Source of the DNA: Eledone cirrhosa
Taxonomy: Eukaryota
Reading direction: 5' to 3'
Assembly: GCA_964016885.1 (NCBI GenBank)
Contig: OZ024742.1
Coordinates: 234,050,001 to 234,114,000 of the forward strand
Length of the DNA: 64,000 nt
Shown: positions 12,590-26,092 of the stretch, in pieces
Layout: every line of letters starts with the position of its first letter
Position numbering within the stretch: the first letter of the stretch is position 1
Program-made: the position numbers and the translations under genes
The notes under the pieces: model-generated
What the model was told of the DNA's origin: nothing
Seen by the model: the letters and a program-made list of their open reading frames with translations, nothing else
The model's database searches: none

Positions 12590-13513
12590 ATACACCCAGC
12601 CAACTGGCCAGACTGCCCTCATAATGGGATCACCCAGCTACCGAAATACGGTTCTGCTATGAGCAGGGTACAGCCTGGCCAATTGGCCAAACACTCCTCC
12701 TAATGGTGCCACCCAGCTTCACACTATAAACATGGTTGATGTTAGGAAGGGCATCCAACAGCCATAAAAACCTAGCCAACACACAGTCCTGATATGTGCA
12801 AAGTACAGCGCTGCCATCTGGCCAGACTTGTCTCATAGCAAGACCACCCAGTTTCACACTGTAAACATGGTCGGTGTTAGGAAGAACATCAGCTGTAAAA
12901 ATCTTAGCCAAAATAGAGTTCCATTTGAGAAAGGTATGGCGCGGCCAACTGACCAGACTTGTCTCATAATAGTGCCACCCAGTTTCACACTGTAAATGTG
13001 GTTGGTGGTAGGAAGGGCATCCAGCAGCCACAAAAACCCAGCCTAAACACGGCACCACTATGAGCAAGGCATGGCGCATTCAACTGGCCAGACATCCCTC
13101 ATAATGGTACACCCAGCGCCCAAAATACAGTTCCATTGTGAGCAGGGTATGGCTTGGCCAACTAGCCAGACCCTCCTCATAACAGTGCCACCCAGTTCCA
13201 CACTGTAAATGAGGCTGGTGTTAGGAAGGGCATCCAGCAGCTGTAACAACCCAGCCTTCACCCAGTCCAGATATGTGCAAAATACAGTGCGGCCATCTGA
13301 CCAGACTTATCTCATAACAGGACCGCCCAGTTCCACACTGTAAACATGATTGGTGTTAGGACAGGCATCCAGCTATAAAATTCCCAGCCAAAATACAGTT
13401 CTGCTTGAGCAAGGTATGGCATGGCCAACTGGCCAGACTTATATCATAAGGTGGACAACCAGTCTAACCCATGCAGGCATGGAAAGAGAGACATTAAACG
13501 GTGATGATGATGA
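12590..13513 (+). repeat. Tandem array of SINE family B body ending in one RTE-type tail
   Basis: Repeated CTGGCCAGAC..CTCATA..CACCCAG..CACACTGTAAA..GGTGTTAGGAAGGGCATCCAGC units (~60 and ~120 bp); terminal CATGGAAAGAGAGACATTAAACGG(TGA)n. Confidence 0.8.
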
Positions 13514-14532
13514 TTTTTTTTTTTTTTTTAACTATATTGTAAAGAAAATATTACAGATTTCATTTATTTAAAACAAATAGATATGACACATTTGAAAACA
13601 ATCGTTTGTTTATTTGTTTGTTTTACCTTAATATATCACACTATCTGTTCTGTAATATACACTATATTGCCTTTCAAATTCATTCATTAGCCACAACAGT
13701 GATCAGAGAAGAGCCATCTATTTGATTAGCAAGTCTTTCATGGATAACTTACTAATTACTAAGAACTATATCTTCTTATTATCTTTACTTTAATTATAGC
13801 TGAGTGAGCATTTCTTTAACTCAATGTCATTTACATTGCCTATTTAAATATAACAATCCTTTCAATATCTTATGGTGTTCTTCAAAGTATCCAAAGCACT
13901 AAAGCTTCGTTTTTTTTATATAACTAGTTAATTCTTTTGAGGATTATGTTGATAAAGACCTAATCAACATGAGCTTTCACTGCTAATTGACTACTTGATT
14001 ATAATCCATTAGGTACAGAACAGTTTACTTAATCTTAAGAGAACGTTTATTGAAGATTGCTAGTATCCACTTCAACATTTGCATGAAATGGCAACAAATA
14101 GACAGAGTCGTTAAAATGTCAGATAGACTGCTTGATAGTATTTACTCTGGCTCTCTATGATCTGAGTTCAAATCCCACCAAGGTCATCTTTAACTTTCAT
14201 CCTTTGGAGATAGATAAAAAGAAAAATACCAGTCCAGTACTGAGGTCGATTTTTCCTCTGTATCCGTTTCTCACTTCCTCTCTATCACACTCTCTCCTTC
14301 ACTCAAGGAAATTGGCTGTGTTCAAACTTTGAGAGGTAGTGGGCTCCACATTGTTTAAAATGCCCAAGAAACATTGCATGTCACTATGGCACCCCTACAA
14401 CACCACTAGGAGTTGCAAGTCCATACTTAGGGGATCCACTTCAACACTGTTTAACCCATACCAGTATCAAAAGGGGATGTAAATGACGATGATGATTCAT
14501 ACATGTGTGTATATGTGTGTATATGCGTGTAT

Positions 14533-14628
<96 letters not shown>

Positions 14629-14644
14629 GTGTGTGTGTGTGCGT

Positions 14645-15470
14645 GTAAACAAAGCAGTTGGCTTAAGCATTAGAAAATCTGAAATATCTGCATTCCAACG
14701 AAAATGACCATAATAATAAAAGAAAAATTTGTATAAAGTTCACTCAGAGTTCGAAAAAAGTCGATAGAGGCATCAAATCTCACATCTCTCAGATGCCAGG
14801 CGAATGCATTAACCACTACACTAAAGAGTCACCGGCCACCAATTGTCTCTTTAACCCTTTAACATTTAAATCAGCCATATCTGGCCAGAATTTTCTCCCT
14901 TTTTTTATGTTCAAAGAGACCATAACCAGCCAATCATACCGACGTTAAGGTATTGTTCTCAAAATAAATAATATCAAAATCTCATAGATTCGATATTATG
15001 TGAAATATCATGAGAGATAAAGTGTTTACCATAAAAATACAATAGTAAATATAGAGTAATGTAAATGCTAAAGGGTTAAAAGATTTTAAGCTTGTAGCTA
15101 GGAGTGTAAACAAAATAGTTGATTTAAGAAGCATTGGAAAAATTTGAAATGTGTACAATAACAATAGCCCATCACTATAAATAATAGTTGTTGAAACTGA
15201 GTAAAGTATTGCTGGACACAGCAAAATATAGACAAAGGCATCCATGAGGAATCAAATCCCACATCTCTCAGATGCTGGATGAATGCTAATGGTCACAATT
15301 TCCATTCTTTTTTAGAAGAATTTAAATCTGTAGCTAAAAGTGGGAACAAAGCAGTTGGCTTAAGAAGCATTGGGAATATTTGAAATGTGTGCATCTCAAC
15401 TATTATTTACAGTGATTGACAATTATTATGGTTATTTACATAGGAATCCACACATTTCAATTTTCAAAAC
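14645..15470 (-). repeat. Diverged tandem repeats with tRNA-like segment, interrupted by a MITE
   Basis: AACAAAGCAGTTGGCTTAAG..GCATT..AAA..TGAAAT occurs three times; minus strand 14766-14830 reads TAGTGTAGTGGTTAATGCATTCGCCTGGCATC (tRNA A-box-like). Confidence 0.55.
14851..15079 (-). mobile_element. piggyBac-type MITE
   Basis: TTAA|CCCTTTAACATTTA...TAAATGCTAAAGGG|TTAA. Confidence 0.9.
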
Positions 15471-15737
15471 ATCTGTCTGGAAGCCCTGCATCCTTTAAAA
15501 CCCTCATGCTTTCCGAAATTCACCAAAACTACGTACATCTGATGTCCCCCTTCCATACACATGCACACATGTGTATATAATGACTCATGCACTGTTCATT
15601 TTCCTGACGTTTGTATATTACCCTATGTACTATACATACACTTTTGATGAGTTGTAGTGCACCTGAGCACTGTACACAATATTTTCATTATCATTATTAT
15701 TATTATCAGAAAAAAATTGCTTTAAAATCACTAATCT

Positions 15738-15830
15738 GATGTATATTAGAGGAAATTGATTCTTAATATCTTTAAGGGCACATGGATCCTTTGATTTCCT
15801 TACTACCAAGGGCTTCAGGCGATGCACCAT
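15738..15830 (-). pseudogene. pogo/Tigger transposase fragment
   Basis: HRLKPLVVRKSKDPCALKDIKNQFPLIY resembles the KLKPLVIGKSK.PR.FK...LPV.Y block of pogo/Tigger DDE domains. Confidence 0.65.
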
Positions 15831-15941
15831 AATAAAACAGAAATGTGTTACTTATTTAACTTACAGGCAAGATATTTTTAGTGAGAGTACGATAGAGTAA
15901 GTCATTATATATATGTATGTATATGTGTATATATATATTAT

Positions 15942-16506
15942 AGTTGAAACAGAAAACAAAAAAAACAACGACGAGGAAGCGAAGAGGCAGTAGAAAATGT
16001 TAATATTGGTTTCAGGCTTGAGGGTGGGGGTGGGGGACGACGTTTCAGGCATAAGCCTTTCATCAGGAGAAAAGTGGGCAGGAAAAGAGTTCCGAGGGTG
16101 TGGGGGGGGGGGGGGGGGATTAAAATGAAACAAGTGGTGAAAGGGTGTGAAGCATGTAGAGGTGGTGGTGGGTGGATGGAGGAGGGAAGGAGAGAGGGAG
16201 ACGGGGGTCCAAGCTGGGAGGGCTGAAGGTGGTGTGTGTGTGTGTGTATGTGTGTAGGTGTACGTGTGTGTGTGTGGATGTGAGAGTTGGGAGTAGAACG
16301 AGGTTCCATGTTCGGGTAATAGGGAAACCGGTGTGTACATGGGGTATAAGTCGGTGTGTGTGTGTGCGTGTGGATCGAGAGGGGTCAGAGGGGGTGGGGG
16401 AGAGGGGGCATGTGGAGTCCGGAGGCTGAGTGTGTGGATGTGAGGATACGCACGTGTGTGTGTGTGTTTTTGTGTGGTGTGGATGTATGGTTGCGTGGTG
16501 TGAAAA

Positions 16507-16565
<59 letters not shown>

Positions 16566-19062
16566 GTGTTTGTGTTTCTGGATGTTTTTCTACGGAATGT
16601 AGGAACGGATGTTGAAAATTCCAAGTGTAGCAGGGTGGATGCCTGGAGCGGTGGACCAGTGGTGTAAATTCCTTGGGATAGTATTGAGGAAGTGGAGAGT
16701 TGTGGGGGTGCGCTCGCAACAGGAAGTGGTCAGAGGGTCAAGGCAGGGCGAAGAAGGTGGGAGGAGATAGCAGTAGGAAGGTGACAGCAGGGCAAAGTAG
16801 GGAGGAGGCTGACAGATGTTAGAGATGGTCTGTATATGGTGTGGAATGTGTGTATGTGTGTGTGGAGGTGCGGTGGACAGGAGAGGGGATGGGTAAGTGT
16901 GAGAGGTTGAGGGTGGCGGGGTGAGGGGGGGGGGGGGGGGGTATGTTAGTGGAGGTATTTGTGGGATGTGTGGGGCAGGGAGTTAGTGCAGGGGGGAAGG
17001 TGCTGGGGACAGTAGGAGGGAGCGTAATGTACTGGTGTGTGTGCGTGTTTGGATATGAGTGTGTGTATGTGGTAGAGTGGGTGTTATTATTATTGGTAGG
17101 GGGGAGGGGCTGGAATGCAGGTGTGTGAGTGGGGGGTTAATGGTGGTAGTGTGGGTGTGGATGAGTGTATGTGTGATAGGGTGTGTTCCTGTGTGTGTGG
17201 TGAGGGGGAAGATGTTTAGTATTATTAGTGGTGGGGTTGTCAGATGTGGATGTGTGGTGGGGGTTAGTGGTTGTAGTACGGTGTGTGTGAATAGTGTGTA
17301 TATATGTACTGGTGGGTGTGTGCGTGTTGAGGGTGTGGGTGCGTGTGATGGGGGGAAGGGGTGGGGTATTAGTATTATTAGTTGTGGGGTGGGCCAAGGG
17401 GGTGGGGGATGGCTGGAAGTGGAGGGGACGGTGAAACTAGGGAGTGTTTTAGTGGTGTTAGTAGGGGGTCTGTGTGGGGGAGGGGGACGGTCGAAGGCTA
17501 AAGGAAGAGAGGTGGGGAAGTTCAGGCCGGGGTGTGTGTGGGTCTGTAGGGTGAAGATGGTGTGTTGCTCGAGCATAACGCGGGTGGTGGGGGTCCCATG
17601 GCATTAGATCAAGCCACAGACGGTGAGGTGGTGGGCAGAATGTCCAGGGAAACAAAAGTGGCGGGCGATGGGGGAACTCCCACAGAGACGAATATCTCAG
17701 AGGTGCTCCGTGAACCGATCTACCAAGCGACGTCCAGTCTGTCCGACGGAGGTTGTGCTGCAGTCCGTGCAGCGAAGTCCATAGACGAGGTTGGAGGAGG
17801 TGCAGCGGAAGGCATGCTGGACAGAAAGAGGGTGGCTGTTGGGACACTGGAAGGTGGTGGTGTTGGTGATGTGGGGGCAGGTGTGGCAGCGAGGTCTGGA
17901 GCAGGGAAGGGAACCGGGGAGGTAGGGGGCTGCGGGGCGAGGAGGGAGCGGAGGTTGCACGCGTATTTGAAAGAGAGGAGGGTGGGGATGGCGCGATGGG
18001 GGGAGGTGGAGGGGTCGGGCTGTAGGCGTCAGAAGAGGCGGAGGATGGTGCGGTGGTGGGGTAGAGTGGAGGGGTGGTAGGTGAGAGGGAAGAGGAGACG
18101 GTGGGTGGGGATGCGGGGTGTGGGGTGAGGGCGGTGGAACGGTGGACTGCGCAGGCGCGAGTGAGGACGGCATGGATGAGGGAGGGGGGTAACCTCTCTG
18201 GATGAAATGGCTGACTAGAGACAGGACCTGAGTCTCGAAGTCAGCATCTCAGCTGCAGAGACGGGAGAGGTGAAGGTCGAGGTAGTGCCGAAGGCCGCGT
18301 AGGCCATCGGCATGGGGGATGACGGTGTAAAGTGATTTAATGTCTAGGGTGAAGAGGAAGGGATGTGGGCTGGGTGGGAAAGTGAGGGAGTCGAACAGGC
18401 GAAGGGCGTGGTTGGTGCCGGAGATGTGGGAGGGGAGGGCGGTGCCGGGGGGGGGGGGGCAAGAAAGGCGGAGGTGAGTTCTGTGGAGCAGTTGCAGGCG
18501 GAGACGATGGGGTGGCCTGGGTTGACAGGTTTGTGGATCATGGGGAGAAAGTAGATGGTGGGGGGTGTGGGGGGGGGGGATGATGAGGTGGGAAGTGGTG
18601 GGAGGGAGGTGGGAGGAGGTGTCGACGTGTTGGATGGTGAAGGAAACTTGTTGTTGGTGGGGGGGGGGGTAGAGGGGGGGTAGAAGAGAAGGTCACGGAG
18701 CTGCCTGGCTTCGGCCATGTAGAGGTCAGCGCGCCACACCACCACAGCGCCTTCCTTATCCGCCGGCTTGATGACAATGTCGTCGCGGCTACGGAGGGAG
18801 CGGAAAGCGAGGAGTTCACCCCATGAGATGTTATTCCATTTGGAGCGGCGGCAGAAGTCAAAGCGATTTACTGCGCTACGGCAGGCATCGACAAACACGT
18901 CCAGGGTGCTAAATTGCCCAGATACTGGCGTCCAAGCAGATGGTCGTCGGCCCAGTGCAAGAAAGAGATCTGGGGCGTTCGGGGCCGGTGGGCTGTTGTA
19001 GAAGTGTGCCTGTAGCTTGGTGCATCGCACAAATCTTTCGACGTCCGCTCGGGTGTGGAACT
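15942..19062 (-). mobile_element. Penelope-like element (Neptune-like), 5'-truncated and internally deleted
   Basis: RT N-terminus (DVERFVRCTKL, DIVIKPADKEGAVVVW, YFLPMIHK..PGHPIVSAC), motif A FTLDIKSLYTVIP, thumb RLCS..RGYP, Cys linker PCSRPRCHTCPHI, GIY-YIG CTSSNLVYGLRC..C..VGQTGRRLVDRFTEH...PGLN, long CA-rich 3' region, hammerhead core near 3' end; (TA)n on both flanks. Confidence 0.92.
16039..16066 (-). ncRNA. Minimal hammerhead core in the Penelope terminal repeat
   Basis: CTGATGA-A-AGGC(ttat)GCCT-GAAAC-GTC; stem III is the loopless palindrome ACGT; stem I pairing poor. Confidence 0.7.
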
Positions 19063-20399
19063 CCCTCTCTCTCCCTCCCTCTTTCTCTCTCACTCTATAT
19101 ATATACATACATATACATATTTACATATACATCTATACACATACATACATATATGAAATGGAAGAGTATTCCAAAGTTTGGATAAAAGCTACAACTGTAG
19201 AAAGATTTCCTTTTTCGTGGAACCACAACAACATCTGGATGAAGAAGCTGTGATTTTCATGAGGAAGCATTATATTTTTCATTTCACTTCAATAGAGCAG
19301 TATATGCTAGAGTTGCATTAAAATAATTATCAAACTCACTGAGTCAACAGTGAAGTCAATAGCAGATCATATAAGAAAATAAAAGACACAAAATCACATG
19401 CTTAATTATACATAAACAGTAATGATCAGCTAACTATTTTATAAGAAATAGACACCATCACGTTTCATTGATTTCTCTAACAAGCATCAATAATAATGAT
19501 TGTACTGATTTTTTTATTTGTCTGTCACACAAATACTACAATCTCACAAAAATGCAAAATTTTAATTTAGAATTCATAAAACAGAAGCATAAGACAAAAC
19601 AAAAAGAAAGTGGAAGGGAGCAAATATCCTAATTGTTCTAAAATGTGTTTCCTATCAACAGTGTTTGTTTGTTTCTACCCTCCAAAACTAGTAGGTTAAG
19701 AAGGGAGTTATTCTCAAACCAGAGACCTGGCACGAATGCTAAAGGTACTCAACGGTTATGCAGTAGTATGAAATCAGGTGATGTCTTAAATCAACCACCC
19801 AAGAAGAGAATTAGTCCTTCCAACAGACTGCCACACAGTTTCTGTCTACTAAATTTCATTTACAAATCTTTGTGCAGCCCAAGGCTATGATAGAAGACAT
19901 TTGCCCAAGATGTTGTACTGTAGAATTGAACTTGAAACCACAAACTTGTGAAGCAACATTTTTAACTACCCAGCAATCCATGCTTCCCTATCAGACTTGG
20001 TCAATACTAAAAGGATGGTATTTCCAGAGTTTCAGTATTTTCTAATTCAATTTTTAAAAAAGCACCTCAGATATGAGCTAGAACAAAAGTAAACAAACAT
20101 TCAAAAATATTTCCACTGCTTCATTTAGACAAATCCAGTGTAGCTCTGTTTTATGAGACAAGCTAAATATCAAACTTAACAATTACAGAGATAGTCAAAA
20201 ACAAAAACTTTACTATGACTAAAATACACAACAAATCTAATTCATACACTTAGCCTAAATAGACTCTTTTGATACCAGCCTCTCTAGGATCATCTCTGAT
20301 CATCTCAGACAAAACAGCCAATTTTAAAATGTCCATGTTTAAGTCAAAACCTTCCAAAATATATTTTATTTAAGTCTTCTTTGTAATCTTCCAAACAGT

Positions 20400-20810
20400 T
20401 GTTCTAATTTAGACACAAGGCCAGCAATTTGCAGACGGGTAAAGTCAATTTAATCGATTCTAATATTTGACTGGTTCTTTATTTTATCAACTTTGGAAGG
20501 ATAAAAGACCAAGTTTACCTTGGTGGGATTTGAACTAAGAACCTAAAGAGCCAGAACAAACACTTAGCAATATTTGTCAGATACTCTAATGACTGCCAAT
20601 CCACCACCCTTATGGTTTCTCATTGTGGCATAAGGCCAGCAATTTTGAAAGGAAGGGAAAGTTGAGTACTTGACTGGTACATTATTTTATCAACCCCAGA
20701 ATGATGAAAGGCAAAGTTGGGCTCAGCTGGTTTTGTATTCATAATGTAAAGGACCAGAAAAAATACAAAACATTTTGACTGATCCTCTACTGATTGTACC
20801 AATCCATTAC
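20400..20810 (-). mobile_element. Two adjacent diverged family A-related SINEs
   Basis: Two copies of AAGGCCAGCAATT..TTTTATCAAC..ATGAAAGGCAAAGTT-type sequence. Confidence 0.7.
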
Positions 20811-20812
20811 TC

Positions 20813-21041
20813 TTAACCCTTTAGTATTTACACTACTCTATATTTACTATTGCATTTTCACGGTAAAGGCTTTACCTCACATAATTATCTCACATAATAT
20901 CAAATCTATGAGATTTTGATGTTATTTATTTTGAGAACAATACCTTAACATAAGTATGAGCAGCCGGTTACAGCTGGTTTGAACAGAAAGAGGTGAGAGA
21001 ATTCTGGCCGGATGCGGCCGGATTAAATGCTAAAGGGTTAA
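20813..21041 (+). mobile_element. piggyBac-type MITE
   Basis: TTAA|CCCTTTAGTATTTA...TAAATGCTAAAGGG|TTAA. Confidence 0.9.
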
Positions 21042-22739
21042 ACAACTGTTTAATAACAGTTTCTAATTTAGGCACATGGTCAAGAATTTTGGGAGAGGGG
21101 AAAGCGTTAATCATTCTGGTACACTATTTCTAATGAATAGATTAATTCAAATAATTTTGAGAATAGAAAATGTTAATGATAAAAGTAAAATAATTTTTAA
21201 CTATTAAGCTGATGTTCGGAACATAAAATGTTCTAATAGAAACTTATGGTGGAAGGTTATATTTAAACACATTAAATTTGCAGATTTATATTATAGAACA
21301 TGAGATTGGCGTGACACAGATATCTAGTGTAGATTTTTCTTTATGGTTTCTTAATATCATGCTCTAGATGTTTATTTTTGCTAAAGTCATGGATTCTGCA
21401 CATAACTTTGCTGATAGAAGTTACAGATTTAAATGTTGTTTTTGATTTGCTGATTCAGTAGGTCATATTAATATTATGATGTTAACATTTCCCCTCGGCA
21501 ACATTTTCACTTTTATACAATCTGTTATGTTAATATTTAGCCCCAGTTAATCCTGTGACCTACGATCATTACATACCTTTTTCATGAACATAGTCTACTC
21601 TAAACTACCTTATCTAATGTGTGCTTCTTTTTTAAGATAGTAGGGTGTGATATGAAGATTCAGAATTCAAATCATGTCTGCAACACATCTAACTTTTCAC
21701 AGCTATGACTAGTTAGAATGGCAAGCATCCAGCATTGAAGGTGTCCTGTTGAGTTTAGTTCTTTCTCACTCAATAATTATGTGATTACTAATTACACATT
21801 AATCTCCCTGTGTTAGAGATCCCATAGTGAATTGCAATTTGACAAGATTGCATTTGTCTATGTGTGTGGTAAATCATAGTTCCTGATGGTACATTGTATC
21901 CTTGAGCAAAATACATTATTACATGTTGCTCTAATCCACTCAGTTAGGGTTAGGCAAAAATGAGTTGTACCTGTAATTCAAAAGGCCAGCCTTGTCTGAA
22001 ATTGAGATACCAAATAACCCTTGTTACACACTGTGTCATGCTGAATCTCCCTCAGTATTACATTAAAGGTACACATATCTGTGGAATTCTTAGTCTCTTG
22101 CACATTAATTCCATTAGCAGATTATTCTATTGTCCAAACAATTGGAACACCTATCATCAAAACTAACACCAAGCCACAGTCAAAGCAGTGATATTAAAAA
22201 GCATATCCAGCTCTAACTGCCAGATGAAAAATATTCATATACAAGCTTTGTAATAAATTCATCACAAATTCACATCCAAATAGCTACAGGTGTGGTTAAG
22301 GAATTTGCTTTGCACCCACATGGGTGGTACCTTGGACAATTGTCATCTACTACAGCGTCAGACTGACCAACACCTTGTGAGTGAAATTTGGTAGATGGAA
22401 ACTATGTCAAAGCTTACCATGTTTGTGTAAGTGTGTCTGTGTTTATGCCTATTGTTTGTGTATGTCCTATAACTTAGTGGTTTGACAAAATGAGATGGAT
22501 AAAATAAGTACAAGACTTCAATAAATAAGTACAAGACTTCAATAAATAAGTACATGACTGCAATCTAATGACTAAAACCATTAAATGAATAAATCGTAGC
22601 AAGGATGGACAAAAGTTTTTAAAAATGTAAGGACATGTGATACATATATAAATTGGTTTTATCTATCAATTCAAGCAAACTTGGACTCTCCCAACAAGTG
22701 ACATCCAATAAACATGACTGTCCATAGTATCAGACAGAT

Positions 22740-22865
22740 TCTCCAAGCAAAAGTGATAGTGCATCAGTTATTGCTATGGAAACCTACTCATGACAAACAT
22801 TCCAGAGGAAGACCTTACTTAACATACATCAACCAACAAGTAGAGAACACTGGTATACAATCAGA
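22740..22865 (+). pseudogene. LINE ORF C-terminal fragment (RTE-like)
   Basis: HQLLLWKPTHDKHSRGRPYLTYINQQVENTG resembles the LLW.P.HG.R.RGRP..TY C-terminal motif. Confidence 0.55.
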
Positions 22866-23558
22866 AATAATTTGGTTTGAGTTGGGAAAGTTAAAGAAGT
22901 ATCAGCAAGATGTATTCACAGACAGGTGGCAATGCACTGTGTCTTCTTATGTCAGAAACATGTAAATTTTGGTTTTAACCCAGACTAACATTAATTGGGT
23001 CATTTGAGATGCCAGAAAATAGACAGACATAACCTCAACTTCTGTCAGTTTCAACAATGAATGTTCCAGTTGTTCAATCAATGGCTGAGCATTTCACAGA
23101 TATGTGTACCCTTAACATAATCCTCAGGAAGATTCAGCATGACACAGTGTGTGACAAGGCTGGCCCTTTAAATTACAGGTACAGACCATCTGACTGGCTT
23201 CCAAACAGTTTCCATCTACATAATTTTACTCACAAGGCATAGGTCAACCCAAGGCTATAGCAAATGACACCGACACAGTGAAATAACTCATTAACCATTC
23301 AACCATACTGCGTCCATATATGTTAGAAAATAGATGCCATTTACACCGCAAACCACACCTTATAGTCTTTAAAAATTGAAGGACATATTGGCTAATATAG
23401 TCTAAGGAATACTATGTCTAAAATAAATTAAAAAAACTGTTAGAGCAGTCATAACTGGAATGCCTTTGGTCATAGCTTTGTTAAATAAATGCTGATTTGG
23501 AGCTAAACAACAACTCTAATTTAGAGTCTAAATGAGCAGTAAATGGATATATATATAT

Positions 23559-23600
<42 letters not shown>

Positions 23601-23604
<4 letters not shown>

Positions 23605-24013
23605 GGTACTCAGTAACAGAGAAGACCCGCCTTGCCAGTAGGCATCTCTAACAAAATACACCCCGTCCCACCACCACCACCCCCACCCCATCCACACCAC
23701 CCCGTCCTATGTAAAGTTATGTTGGTGCCGCGCCATCCGGGCCGAAACAAATGAGATCGTGTAGGTGTCACGACAAAAAAACACACAGTCCACGCTGTAA
23801 TGTGGCCGTGTAGGCAACACGGTAAAAACCTCCCAGACCCACACTGTAAATGTGGTTGGTGTTAGGAAGGGCATCCAACTGTAGAAAACCTGCCAGACAG
23901 TCCTATGCGAGCAAGACAATCACTCTTGCCTCAAGTGGGACTACCCCCGTCCAAACCCATGCAAGCGTGGAACACGGACGTTAAACGTTGATGATGATGA
24001 TGATGATGATGAT
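23601..24013 (+). mobile_element. RTE-tailed SINE family B inserted in (TA)n
   Basis: CACACTGTAAATGTGGTTGGTGTTAGGAAGGGCATCC body; GCGTGGAACACGGACGTTAAACG(TGA)n tail; very similar to 52197-52471. Confidence 0.85.
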
Positions 24014-25910
24014 ATATATATACAGTATACTGCTCTGAAGAAGATGAGAAACTATTTAAATATATCCTCCTTTGAAATCACTACATGAAGATAAAAGTCC
24101 CCCCAGTGTTGCCCTAGGCATTAGACATCACATGTAATAAATGTATTTATGTTTCCACATCATAGAGAGAGAGAGAGAGCAGGTGAGAGAGAGTGTGTGT
24201 TTCTATATTGGCTGTTGTTTAGCCTTAAGTCAGCCCTGATCAAGCAAGCCTATTATTAAAGCATGAACATCCTGTATTATTTTTTGTTTTTGTTTTGGGT
24301 TTTGTTTTTTCATTAATAGTGGACCCTGAACTGCATTATCTAATATGTCTATTTTTTCAAACGATAGAACATGGTTTGGAACAATCAAATATACAACACA
24401 CAACAAGCATTTTCAAGTCATTTTCCTTGCTTAGCATTGCAGGCCCCATGACAAGCTTTTCCATTCTGCCATATCTGCTGTATCCCACTGGCTTTCGTTT
24501 CCCCCTCCATTTTCTTTAGCCATGTTTTGATCTTCCACATTCATTTCCATCACGCTTCCCACCTCAACACATAACCCAAAAATCTCAATCCATTGCTCTT
24601 CCCAACATTCATCAGTGGCTCTATTCCCATCATCCTCTCCAATTTGTTATTAGTCTTCCTCTTCTCTCTGAGTGATACTCAGCTCATCCATCAAACCATT
24701 CTCGTTTCTGTTCTTTTTTTTCCTCATCAAAATAAATTCATTATGATAGCTGCTGTGTTTCATCATCAATACCACTCATTATTATTGCTAAACTCCTCCA
24801 AACTTTCCTGAAAATCATCATTTTTCCATCTGCTTTTCTCTGCTAGCATGAATTGGATGAAACTTTTTCAAGGCAGCTTTTTTATCTATAGCCAGTTACC
24901 TTTTCTGACTCTAATCCATATTATATTTTTTAAATTGATATATGCCACATATTAATGATCAATTGTCATTATCATCGATCAATTGACATGATCCCAGACC
25001 TCATTTGCTTACCAAATGGGGTGGAGCTCATCAAATTGGACCAAGGAAACAATGTTTTCATTGGTCTTTCCATTGTTGACACTACCAGTTGCAACTCCTG
25101 GCAGAAGGAGCAATGTGAAATAAAGTGTCTTGCTCAAGGAAATAACGCATCACCCAGTCCGGGAATCAAACTCGCAATTGAAAATCCAATTCTCTAACTG
25201 CTAAGCCACATGCCTTTACTTATCATAAATGAAAAACAATAAAGACAATTATATACAAGCAAATTATCATTGAGAATTCCAACTAATTCTTGATGAAAGT
25301 GTGATATGATTGTTGAAAATTCAAATTCAATGATGATATGCCATAAAATGTTGTCTGTTAATGAATGGTCCCTTCACTAAAAAAAAAAACTTTGTCAGAA
25401 GAAAGATTGAGCTCTAGTCTGCAAATACCATCAACTCAGACATTTTAATATGATTGGGACAATTGAGAAAATGTTATCAATACCTAAACCCAGCCATTAC
25501 ACAACTGAAAAAAGAAACAAAACATCACTGCTTCAACATATGCTCATGAATGACTCATAATTAAAGCCCAAACAGTAATTCATGTATATTATGTCTAAGT
25601 ATCTCTACCGAGTATTCATAAAAAATTACACTAACAAAGTGTTCTATTTCCATTGTCAAAACTATGATAGGTTCATAACTGGTCATTATAAACAATGTAT
25701 TTTTCATATCTAAACAGTACTCATATCTTAATCATAGATGAAAATCACCAAGACCTTCATAATATACTTTCTCCAATCAGTAAGTTACTTGGAGGGGGAG
25801 GGCACTTTATGTGTATTGTATGAGGGAGAGCAAATTCAAGGTATGCCTCACGCAGCACAAATTCTAGCTAAACCACTGCCTTCAGCATCTGGTCTATCTT
25901 TTGAACTATT

Positions 25911-26092
25911 TTAAAGCATTTAAACCGGCCATATCTGGCCAAAATTCTTTCCCCTCTTTCTGTTCATACCAATGTTAACATATTGTTCTCAAAATAAATA
26001 ATATCAAAATATAGATTCAATATTATGTTAGATAAAGCTTTTACCATGAAAATACAATAGTAAATATAGAGTATGTGAATGTTAAGGGTTAA
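25911..26092 (-). mobile_element. piggyBac-type MITE, partly deleted
   Basis: Family internal sequence and right end TTAAGGG|TTAA. Confidence 0.75.

Noticed and set aside
12590-13450. CRISPR-like repeat-spacer array
   Set aside because: Intervening sequences are themselves homologous; eukaryotic SINE-derived tandem with no cas genes.
15861-17607. Overlapping His/Thr/Pro- or Val/Cys/Gly-rich ORFs
   Set aside because: Low-complexity 3' region of the Penelope element.
23602-23650. HDV-like pseudoknot at the SINE 5' end
   Set aside because: Pairings exist but there is no P3/P1.1 or catalytic J4/2; simple hairpins explain it.
24031-24060. CTGAAGA-agatga-GAAA
   Set aside because: No stem II or III pairing; likely chance. 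The same applies to CTGATGA/CTGAAGA hits inside RTE coding fragments.
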